Counted from the first letter of the stretch, positions 16,601-23,665 are shown. The stretch: DNA of 29,468 bases from Okeania sp. (GCF_035285525.1 NZ_JAYKGW010000147.1:1-29468); one strand, 5' to 3'. Notes: a model not told the origin generated them from the letters alone. Numbers and translations: made by a program.

Positions 16601-17574
16601 TAATCGAAGCGTTAGCAATTTTGCATTATGCTGGAATAGACTTTGAATGTTCTATTGCAGGGGATGCACCAAATACAGAATTTTTAAACCATTTAAAAAA
16701 TGTTGCTGAAATTCGCGGTTTTGATAGTAAAGTGCATTTTCTGGGATATTTACCCCGTCAAAAATTAATTGAACTTTTTGCCAATAATAATGTCTTAGTT
16801 TTCCCTTCTGTTTGGGAAGAACCTTTTGGGCGATCGCAAGTTGAAGCAATGGCAGCAGGTTTAACTTTGATTACCAGTGGTACTGGTGGTTCTGCTGAAA
16901 TTGTAGAACCAGGGATAAGTGGGTTGACTTTTCCCCCAGGAAATGCTTTTGCTCTCGCTGAAGTGTTAATGGGTTTGACGAAAAATATTGATAAATGGCA
17001 GCAAATGTCGGTAGCGGGTCAAAAGCGTGCTGAACTGTTTGATATTAACTGTTCTATAGATTTTTTGGAAGAAAAGTTTGAGGAACTTTTGCGGATTAGA
17101 GATGGTGATCTCAAGTTTTTAGAGGAGAAGTATTTACCTTCTTTACAAGAAAAACTGCGGTTAAGGGAAATCAATTTCATGATTTTCCCAGACTGGTTGC
17201 AATCAGAAGAAACGGTGGGATTAGAATTACAAGAAGTTATCAAAAGTATGGTGACTCATCCAGATAAGAATAAGATAACTTTATTAATAGATAACAGTAA
17301 TATTTCTGCGGAAGATGCAGATTTAATTTTATCTAGCGTGGTGATGAATTTGTTAATGGAAGAAGAATTAGAGATAGATGAGGCAGTAGAAATTGTTTTA
17401 GTTGGGAAATTAAGTCAAATACAATGGTTAACTTTAATACCTCAGTTGCAAGGTCGGATTAAATTAGATAATGAGAATCAGGAGGCGATCGCTCAAGTTA
17501 AAGCAGAAAATATTCCTGTAATTGAACTTGATTGTTTGCCAGAGAAAATTCATAGTTTTCCAACCCAAGAATAG
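13633..17574 (+). CDS. 1313-aa mosaic polysaccharide-modifying enzyme: class I methyltransferase, tail module X, DUF579/GXMT-like methyltransferase, TPR repeats, GT4 glycosyltransferase, tail module X
   Basis: The aa 80-190 region has ALEIGCWLGWSACHLA...IFIDGNHE...LFHD. The aa 449-590 region has CNFLVFGVGKDSKFW...WDVIFVDAPGGYSDEVPGRMKSIFMAAKLA...TDVFVHDCDRLVE. TPR-like helices span aa ~645-755. The GT4 region has EPFGRSQVEAMAAGLTLITSGTGGSAEIVEPGISG. Module X is repeated at aa 279-390 and 1178-1290. The start is GTG. Confidence 0.85.
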   Translation: MKSFSLQSGDYVSPGMLVVLPDECFPNIIIGDKKYSTWRYSRKEIPHNRYVDKRFPGVGFNNRDEVHILYNTALKFKGKKALEIGCWLGWSACHLALAGVELDVIDPLLENQDFYESVSSCLEAANVLETVNLIPGYSPQKVEELADTLDYKWSLIFIDGNHEAPGPLNDAIACEKLATEDALILFHDLASPDVSQGLDYFKQKGWNTMIYQTAQIMGVAWRGNVEPIKHQPDPKIQWSPLPEHLKDYLVSGLSTEELKNKTVEIKEAFDKFPLIPFKLNLVNLICFPDWEQTEENLFSDLEKIVRAILNYSDRNEICLLIGIDKIDEEEADNILSSVVMKIFMEEDVDVTKEPQLYLLADLSSRHWSALLPRIQFRIAIENENVGMVEKTINLPSITLDLLTSIKFNNFIPSLSKYSNQIIQLVNSNPGQLSRAEYSYITDVVVNRKSCNFLVFGVGKDSKFWMEVNQNGETIFVEDHPDWLNQVKANCPNIQAYAVEYGTNRKQWLDLLVQYSQGIDSLLMSLPEKILQTKWDVIFVDAPGGYSDEVPGRMKSIFMAAKLAFINGNTDVFVHDCDRLVETIYSGYFLHDKNLITKVDKLKHYQIINQDQKPKINYLFPREKSYQTEIIKDSLLSSQNNLLKTVLTLEEVLKENPENVTTLVELGKLSLKLEDLQVAKKLFAKAISLERRNCIAIELLGKVLIDLNEYQEATNILEHLVKIQPQNLSTLSLLEKCYRQIGKQKEATSVINYYRDLETGKNVASLPTNLSEKFISKTKPKRILIINNLYPPQELGGYGRRICDFANVLDKRGHTIHTLASDAPYLGEIKSPETNVTRELLLCGTYEKLPPRQFTDESEVQSVIAHNDALIRKTIENYAPDVCLVGNIDLLSNSIFLPLLEKSIPVIHLLGFAQPGYPVDCTPNSPLYFVGANSEYGRQGLIKQKYPLDEIGVVYPGAFIQQFQMCCFPNLDKLRIVFASLVLPYKGPQTLIEALAILHYAGIDFECSIAGDAPNTEFLNHLKNVAEIRGFDSKVHFLGYLPRQKLIELFANNNVLVFPSVWEEPFGRSQVEAMAAGLTLITSGTGGSAEIVEPGISGLTFPPGNAFALAEVLMGLTKNIDKWQQMSVAGQKRAELFDINCSIDFLEEKFEELLRIRDGDLKFLEEKYLPSLQEKLRLREINFMIFPDWLQSEETVGLELQEVIKSMVTHPDKNKITLLIDNSNISAEDADLILSSVVMNLLMEEELEIDEAVEIVLVGKLSQIQWLTLIPQLQGRIKLDNENQEAIAQVKAENIPVIELDCLPEKIHSFPTQE

Positions 17575-17604
17575 AAGGTTAATAATGCAGAAAAAGTAGG
17601 CAAA

Positions 17605-17758
17605 GTTTACCTTTGATTAATTAGGTAATCTGAGGCAGACACAGATTTGAGTAGAGATAAACAAGGTAATCATTTTGTATACTAATTATTTTGTATATCT
17701 GTTCCAAAAATCTGTGTCGTGCCCAAATTCATACCAATTTTACCTAATTATGATAAAC
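17605..17758. repeat. Imperfect inverted-repeat element (MITE-like, or a large hairpin) at the 3' boundary of the 1313-aa gene
   Basis: Two pairs of perfect complementary blocks occur in collinear order. aattaggtaa (17619-17628) pairs with ttacctaatt (17740-17749), and gacacagattt (17638-17648) pairs with aaatctgtgtc (17708-17718). The outer gtttac/gataaac ends also pair. Confidence 0.4.
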
Positions 17759-17786
17759 TTGATAAATTATTAATCAAGGTATTTTA

Positions 17787-18086
17787 CTAATTTTCCTCAG
17801 AGGAATTATCTGGAATTAACTCCTCAAACTCTGCCATAGAATTAACCCGAATTGTTTCTAATAGGAGTTGTTTTAGGGAAGCTAAATCCTCAATATTATT
17901 CAGAGTTTTTACTAGAGTTTCTGGAACTGATAAAAATCGTACTTGGAGTAAGTCGAGAATATTTTGTCGGAAAGTTTTTTGCATACCACGGTCTTCCATT
18001 GTACTTAATAATTCCACTTTCTGTTCCTCCTCATATTGATTTATTTTAGTTTCAAGGTTTTGTTGTAATTCTGCGGGCAATGCCAT
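17787..18086 (-). CDS. Free-standing DUF4351-type protein, homologous to the C-terminal 103 aa of the Rpn-family protein at 22349-23299
   Basis: The 99-aa ORF MALPAELQQNLETKINQYEEEQKVELLS...IRVNSMAEFEELIPDNSSEEN aligns end to end with aa 214-316 of the 316-aa protein. It begins at the residue equivalent to that protein's internal Met214. Confidence 0.5.
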   Translation of the reverse strand: MALPAELQQNLETKINQYEEEQKVELLSTMEDRGMQKTFRQNILDLLQVRFLSVPETLVKTLNNIEDLASLKQLLLETIRVNSMAEFEELIPDNSSEEN

Positions 18087-18101
18087 TTCAGTTATCAGTT
18101 A

Positions 18102-18260
18102 TCAGTTGATTAATTCTAATTGATTAATACATTGAAAATCTTCTACATTTCGAGTTACTAAAATCAAATTATGAACTAAAGCAGTTCCAGCAATAATAGC
18201 ATCTCCTAATATCAAAAGATAAAAATCATACTTTATTAGCTCAGGATTTAGAAAGAATAC
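18102..18260 (-). pseudogene. C-terminal remnant of a PIN-domain (VapC-like) toxin
   Basis: The minus-strand reading gives ...LILGDAIIAGTALVHNLILVTRNVEDFQCINQLELIN*. This is the D-x-IIA-x-TA...LVTRN-x-x-DF signature of PIN toxin C-termini. There is no N-terminal half and an upstream in-frame stop. Confidence 0.5.
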
Positions 18261-18328
18261 TTAAATCAAGTTATCCTATTCTGCTATGTTATGGTAAAAT
18301 AATATTATTTGTTTAATTAATTTATAGA

Positions 18329-20332
18329 ATGCAACAACTATCTCTACCCCTAAATATACCAAATACTCAACTAAATACAACTTCGCAATTTCGAGAAATG
18401 CTAACAGCTTTAAATATAACAGATAGTTCTGGTTGGCCTGATAAATTTGGGATATCAATTCATAATTGGTTCACAAAAAATTCCTATTCTCCTATTAAAA
18501 CTATGAGTCTATTTGCTGGTGGTGGTGGACTAGATATTGGCTTCCATGATTGCGGTTTTAAAATAGTGAAAATGGTCGAATTAGAAGCAAAATATACTAA
18601 AACTTTAGAAGTAAATTCTCAACCAGCAAAATACTTAGAAAACAGTGAACCTCTCTGCATAAATATTCAAGAATATTTTCCCTCTCCAGAATTAGAAATA
18701 GACTTTATTATTGGGGGTCCGCCATGTCAAACATTTTCAGCAGCAGGTAGAAGAGCATCTGGTGTTTCTGGAACAAACGATAGTAGAGGAACGTTATTTT
18801 CGGAATATGTTCGCATCTTAAAACAACTACAACCAAAAGGATTTTTGTTTGAAAATGTTTATGGAATTATTGGTGCGGAAAATGGCAAAGCATGGCAAAA
18901 GATTAAAATAGCATTTCAAGAAGCAGGTTATACAATTTACCATCGCATACTTGATGCAGCAGATTATGGTGTACCACAACATCGAGAGCGACTATTTATT
19001 GTGGGATTAAAAAAAGGAAATTATTTATTTCCTGCTCCAACTCATGGACCTGATTCTGTTAATCAAGAACCTTTTTATACAGCATTAGCAGCAATAAAAG
19101 ATATTAATGTTTCAGAAAAAGAATTAGGAATTAAAGGTAAATATGGGCATCTTTTAAAAGATATACCACCTGGATTAAATTATAGTTTTTACACGGAGAA
19201 AATGGGTCATCCTGAGCCGATTTTTAGTTGGCGTTCTAAGTTTTCTGATTTCCTTTATAAAGCAGATCCAGAAATGCCAGTTAGAACTATTAAAGCACAA
19301 GGAGGACAATATACAGGACCTTTCAGTTGGGAAAATCGACGGTTTTCAATAGCAGAATTAAAACGACTTCAAACATTTCCTGATATTTATGAAATTATTG
19401 GTAATCGTTCGGTTTGTATAGAACAAATAGGTAATTCTGTACCACCACAATTAGGAAGGATTTTAGCATTGAGTATTTTGGAGCAAGTTATGGGAGTTAA
19501 GTTACCATTTTCTCTGCAATATTTATCTCCAACTCAACAATTAGGATTTAGACAACGAAAGCGTCAGTTGACAAAAAGATATGCAGAAAAAGCTAGGCAA
19601 GCGATCGCTAAATTATCTACTCAATCTTTAGATAAATTAAAAGCTATATCTCTACCAACAAATAGTTATGTAAATCAAAAGAATATAGAAAGGTTTTTAT
19701 CTACAGATTTTGGCTGGTATAATTTGCAAAAAAATAATTCTGTAAAGATTTACATTAGTTATGATTTAGGTAAAAGTTGTTGGTTAATAGATGCAGGTAT
19801 TAGTCAGTTGGAAGAGAAAAAAAGTTTATATTCTATAGATATAATACCTGTCACAAATTCTCAAGATTGGGTTTTAAATACAGAGAGAGTAAAATTAATT
19901 GCTCGTGATGATAATTTGCAAGTATTTACAGGATTATGGAAAGCTTTTGAAGAAAGGTTGAGAGAAATAACTGGTAAAGCAGATTTAGTTCAATTATCTG
20001 GATATTATCAGTATCAACCAAAGATTAAAATGACAATGAATTTTTCTATGGAGTTAAAGACTAATTCTATTTGGAAAATAGTTGAATTTATTGTTAGAGG
20101 TGTAGGAGTAAAAACTCAATTATCTGGTCAAGAATTAGCATTTTTATGGGGAGTAAATATTGAGGATATTTTTGATTATCTCCAATGTTTACGAAAAATA
20201 GGTTATGAAGTTAGGAATCACAATACAAATCCTCAAATTACTCCAGGAGAATATTTAATTCCCTACTGTTTTCCAACTTTAACACCTAAAAGTGTGCAGT
20301 TAAGAAAGAATTTAGGAGCATCTAATGAATGA
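18329..20332 (+). CDS. DNA (cytosine-5)-methyltransferase with a ~278-aa C-terminal extension of unknown function
   Basis: The motifs occur in canonical order: LFAGGGGLDIGF (I), GGPPCQTFSAAG (IV, catalytic Cys133 at 18725-18727), FLFENV (VI), QHRERLFIVG (VIII), RRFSIAELKRLQTFPD (IX) and GNSVPP (X). Residues 390-667 lie beyond the methyltransferase core. Confidence 0.93.
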   Translation: MQQLSLPLNIPNTQLNTTSQFREMLTALNITDSSGWPDKFGISIHNWFTKNSYSPIKTMSLFAGGGGLDIGFHDCGFKIVKMVELEAKYTKTLEVNSQPAKYLENSEPLCINIQEYFPSPELEIDFIIGGPPCQTFSAAGRRASGVSGTNDSRGTLFSEYVRILKQLQPKGFLFENVYGIIGAENGKAWQKIKIAFQEAGYTIYHRILDAADYGVPQHRERLFIVGLKKGNYLFPAPTHGPDSVNQEPFYTALAAIKDINVSEKELGIKGKYGHLLKDIPPGLNYSFYTEKMGHPEPIFSWRSKFSDFLYKADPEMPVRTIKAQGGQYTGPFSWENRRFSIAELKRLQTFPDIYEIIGNRSVCIEQIGNSVPPQLGRILALSILEQVMGVKLPFSLQYLSPTQQLGFRQRKRQLTKRYAEKARQAIAKLSTQSLDKLKAISLPTNSYVNQKNIERFLSTDFGWYNLQKNNSVKIYISYDLGKSCWLIDAGISQLEEKKSLYSIDIIPVTNSQDWVLNTERVKLIARDDNLQVFTGLWKAFEERLREITGKADLVQLSGYYQYQPKIKMTMNFSMELKTNSIWKIVEFIVRGVGVKTQLSGQELAFLWGVNIEDIFDYLQCLRKIGYEVRNHNTNPQITPGEYLIPYCFPTLTPKSVQLRKNLGASNE

Positions 20333-21647
20333 TTTATATTTAAGAGTCTTTAAAGATCAAAGTGAACTGGTACAGAGCAATGGCAAAAAACAGATTTTTT
20401 TAGAAGGTAAAATGAGCCATGAAGCTAGAATCAGATATCATAAAATCACCAATGAACTAGCAAATAATTACTTAGAAAAACAAATTCTTGCTTGTCGCGA
20501 TCGCAATGTTATGAGTGATGGATTTCAACTTGAACAAAGTCAAATAAATACTTTGAATAAACTTGTTAATTCAGTTACCAGTGAGGTTGGTAGAGCATTA
20601 GTTGGTTTAACAATTTTACAGTTGTGTATAAAAAGTATTGAACCGAAACAAAGTATTAGACTACATAAAAGCAGCACAAATAGAAATGCTTTTTCATGGC
20701 AAGAAGGAATACCAATGCGTTCTTTAGACAAACAATATATTACTCCTATTTTGCGCAAATACGAATTATTAAAACTAAATGCAGATGGATTTATGATGAC
20801 GCGCAGTTTAGCAGAAAATTATCCTTATTCACCTGTTTATAAAGCTAATATTAGAGGAGCGCGTCTGGAGTGGCTTAGTCTCGTAGAATTAATTGAAGAA
20901 AATCAAATAGACTCAAAAAATTCTCTACATTATTTAATATCGCAATTACTCAATAATGCTAGAGAATTTCAAAAATTAGCTACAGAAACTCTTGATTATG
21001 TTCAAAATTTTTTAGATTCAAGTGAAGTTATAAATCAGAAAATTATTACTAATTTGATATGGAGACATATAGAAGAATCTGATTATGCTGCACGGATTAT
21101 GGAAATTGCTATACATAGTCTGATGCAGGCAATGGAAGAAAATCAACTATTTCCAGATTGTGAACTTAAGCCTTTATCGCAAATGCGGTCTGCTAATAAG
21201 AAACATGGCAATATTGGCGATATTGAAATATTAGAAAAGGGTAATATTATTGAAGCTTGGGATGCAAAATATGGTAAGGCTTATTTACGAGATGAAATTG
21301 AAGAGTTAGCTGATAAATTATTGAGTCATTCTCATGTTAAATTAGCTGGTTTTGTGACAAGTGTTAAACTCCAGCGACAATCAGAGTTAATATCTCGTTG
21401 TGAAGAACTAGAAGAAGAATTTGGAATTTCTCTGGAAATATTGACATTTATAGATTGGGTTCAAAACAAATTTAATCAAGCAATAGAAAAGGGTTTTTTG
21501 ACAGAAGAAAAGTTAGCAGGTGCATGGTTAATTGCTTATGCTGAATCAATAGCACAAAAACGTCGCAATATTGCACCTATTGATGAACCTTGTCAACAAT
21601 GGTTAGTTACTTTAAAAGATATTTTAGAAGATGTCATATCCATTTAG
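20325..21647 (+). CDS. Putative type II restriction endonuclease (C-terminal PD-(D/E)xK-like core), partner of the methyltransferase
   Basis: The ATG overlaps the methyltransferase stop by 8 nt (ATGAATGA). The candidate catalytic layout is GD299IEI-x9-IIE310AWD313AK315 (21219-21269). I did not recognise a named REase family. Confidence 0.6.
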   Translation: MNDLYLRVFKDQSELVQSNGKKQIFLEGKMSHEARIRYHKITNELANNYLEKQILACRDRNVMSDGFQLEQSQINTLNKLVNSVTSEVGRALVGLTILQLCIKSIEPKQSIRLHKSSTNRNAFSWQEGIPMRSLDKQYITPILRKYELLKLNADGFMMTRSLAENYPYSPVYKANIRGARLEWLSLVELIEENQIDSKNSLHYLISQLLNNAREFQKLATETLDYVQNFLDSSEVINQKIITNLIWRHIEESDYAARIMEIAIHSLMQAMEENQLFPDCELKPLSQMRSANKKHGNIGDIEILEKGNIIEAWDAKYGKAYLRDEIEELADKLLSHSHVKLAGFVTSVKLQRQSELISRCEELEEEFGISLEILTFIDWVQNKFNQAIEKGFLTEEKLAGAWLIAYAESIAQKRRNIAPIDEPCQQWLVTLKDILEDVISI

Positions 21648-21801
21648 TTTTAGGTATAGCTGTTGCCAACTTTTATCCTTGTTATTTTATTATTTAGAAC
21701 GAGGCAAAAACCGGGTTTATTAACTAAAATTGGTGCTTTAATAGACAACAATTAAGGAATAAACTCGGTTTCTTTGTTGGTTTGCTTAAGCTCCGATTTT
21801 T

Positions 21802-22070
21802 CTAATTTCCCCCAGAGGAATTATCTGGAATTAACTCCTCAAACTCTGCCATAGAATTAACCCGAATTGTTTCTAATAGGAGTTTTTTTAGGGAAGCTAA
21901 ATCCTCAATATTATTCAGAGTTTCTACCAGAATTTCTGGCACTGATAAAAATCGTACTTGCAGTAGGTCGAGAATATTTTGTCGGCAAATTTTTACCATA
22001 CCACGTTCTTCCATTGTACTTAATAATTCCACTTTCTGTTCCTCCTCATATTGATTGATTTTAGTTTCAA
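21802..22070 (-). pseudogene. 5'-truncated DUF4351 (Rpn C-terminal) copy
   Basis: It reads ETKINQYEEEQKVELLSTMEERGMVKICRQNILDLLQVRFLSVPEILVETLNNIEDLASLKKLLLETIRVNSMAEFEELIPDNSSGGN. Homology stops abruptly at about 22070, where the duplicated REase tail begins. Confidence 0.7.
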
Positions 22071-22074
22071 TATG

Positions 22075-22194
22075 TTAATTGCTTATACTGAGTCCATAGC
22101 ACAAAAACGTCGCAATATGGCACCTATTGATGAACCTTGTCAACAATGGTTGGTTACTTTAAAAAGTATTTTAGCAGATGTCATATCCATTTAG
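22075..22194 (+). pseudogene. Duplicated 3' fragment of the endonuclease gene (last ~39 codons)
   Basis: LIAYTESIAQKRRNMAPIDEPCQQWLVTLKSILADVISI* compared with aa 402-440 of the 440-aa protein (21528-21647). The intergenic sequence after it (22195-22348) also duplicates 21648-21801. Confidence 0.85.
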
Positions 22195-22348
22195 TTTTAG
22201 GTATACCTGTTGCCAACTTTTATCCTTGTTATTTTATTATTTAGAAGGAGACATAAACCAGGTTTATTAACTAAAATTGGTGCTTTAATAGACAACAATT
22301 AAGGAATAAACCCGGCTTCTTTGTTAGTTTGCGTAAGTTCCGATGTTA

Positions 22349-23299
22349 CTAATTTTCCTCAGAGGAATTGTCTGAAATTAATTCCTCAAATTCTGCCATA
22401 GAATTAACCCGAATTGTTTCTATATGTAACTGTTTTAAACGAGCTAAATCTTCAATATTATTCAGAGTTTTTACCAGAGTTTCTGGCACTGATAAAAATC
22501 GTATTTGCAGTAAATCGAGAATATTTTGTCGGAAAGTTTTTTTAGATCCTTTCTCAATACCACGTTCTTCCATTATACTTAATAGTTCCACTTTCTGTTC
22601 CTCCTCATATTCATTGATTTTAGTTTCAAGATTCTGTTGTAATTCTGGAGGCAATGCCATCATTTTATCTATGAATTTAAACAAGTTAATAATCTCCAAC
22701 TTGCTTAATCCCTTTTCATATAAACTTCTGACTAATTGCCATTTCCATTTTTCTCGTTCTGTTAAATCCCTGGTGGTACTCTTAGTTCTTAAGTGTGCCA
22801 TTACCATTGTAGCAAAAACATTGTTACTTGCTGATAATTCCTCCCACTTATAATCTAAGAGTTTCACGATGTCAAAATTTAATTTCATGCGACTTTTTTT
22901 GAACTTATATTTATAAGAACTGGGTCGCCAAGATGGGTTCTCATCTCCAAGTATAGCTAAACTAGCTACTTTTTGATCGTATAGGTCGAATGCTCGATAA
23001 TTATAGATAAACATTCGTTTGGGAAATTCTTTGTCGTATTGACTTTGAACTTCTATATGAATTAACAGCCATTTTTTTCGGTTGTTTAATAACCAAACTT
23101 GAAATAATTTGTCAGCATAACGTTTTTTTGTTTTGGCTGAGGCTGTAATTTCTTCTAGTTCTTTGTCTAGAGAAATTGGTGTTTTTTCCCAGTTAATAGA
23201 CTTGTAAATTTCTGGATAGAAAAAGCTGAGGAAAGATGGCAAATATTCTCCAATTGCTGCTTTCCATGGTTCGTCATAGTTGGCGGTTATTTCTGTCAT
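22349..23299 (-). CDS. Rpn-family (YhgA-like, PD-(D/E)xK 'putative transposase') nuclease with a DUF4351 C-terminal domain
   Basis: 316 aa. The N-terminus has YDEPWK...YLPSFLSFFYPE, then YADKLFQVWL...WLLIHIEVQSQ (a D...E-x-Q nuclease core) and ...RMFIYNYR. The C-terminal domain is identical in type to the free-standing copies. The internal Met213-Met214 lie at 22658-22663. Confidence 0.8.
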   Translation of the reverse strand: MTEITANYDEPWKAAIGEYLPSFLSFFYPEIYKSINWEKTPISLDKELEEITASAKTKKRYADKLFQVWLLNNRKKWLLIHIEVQSQYDKEFPKRMFIYNYRAFDLYDQKVASLAILGDENPSWRPSSYKYKFKKSRMKLNFDIVKLLDYKWEELSASNNVFATMVMAHLRTKSTTRDLTEREKWKWQLVRSLYEKGLSKLEIINLFKFIDKMMALPPELQQNLETKINEYEEEQKVELLSIMEERGIEKGSKKTFRQNILDLLQIRFLSVPETLVKTLNNIEDLARLKQLHIETIRVNSMAEFEELISDNSSEEN

Positions 23300-23303
23300 T
23301 ATT

Positions 23304-23665
23304 TTACTGACTTTTCCAGATAAATTATCTGGAATTAACTCCTCAAATTATCCCACAGAATTAACATTATTTGCAAAAGCTTTAATTTCAGCTAGTTTTT
23401 CTAGTGCTTTTGCCATTTGTTCGTCACGAGATTTTTGATTTAACTCTGGTTTTTTTCTAAGAAAGTAACATAGACTTCCTGGGGGCGATCGCTCAATTCT
23501 GGAGTATCTTCTGTCCACTCTAAATGCTTTCCTGTTAATACAGCATTATAGGTGCGTAAAATAGTGTTTTATTGATTATTTGTTATAACTAATTCTACAC
23601 ATATTTTGGTAGTAGAAAGGTAGAAAAGATTATCATTAGGATATGCTTTAAATACCACAATAAAC
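23304..23665 (-). pseudogene. Debris of small genes: another DUF4351 tail fragment plus an antitoxin-like ORF broken by an in-frame stop
   Basis: The minus strand has AGGAGG, 6 nt, then GTG-VFKAYPNDNLFYLSTTKICVELVITNNQ*NTILRTYNAVLTGKHLEWTEDTPELSDRPQEVYVTFLEKNQS*. It then reads ...DEQMAKALEKLAEIKAFANNVNSVG*. The stretch 23320-23360 repeats the ...ttatctggaattaactcctcaaa... tail sequence. Confidence 0.35.

Noticed and set aside
15689-17243. Minus-strand ORFs within the 1313-aa gene (15689-15871, 16652-16849, 17019-17243)
   Set aside because: They are antisense shadows within a long ORF that has domain support throughout.
22368-22853. 161-aa plus-strand ORF, together with the 65-aa and 63-aa plus-strand ORFs at 17852-18049 and 21867-22058
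   Set aside because: These are antisense shadows of the Rpn/DUF4351 coding sequence. Their apparent 'conservation' simply reflects the DNA duplication. They are low-complexity, Leu/Ile/Phe/Ser-rich products.
22349-23299. Insertion sequence or transposase (this family is often annotated as 'putative transposase')
   Set aside because: I could not find terminal inverted repeats or target-site duplications around the gene. The motif layout is that of the Rpn/YhgA PD-(D/E)xK nuclease family, not a DDE transposase.
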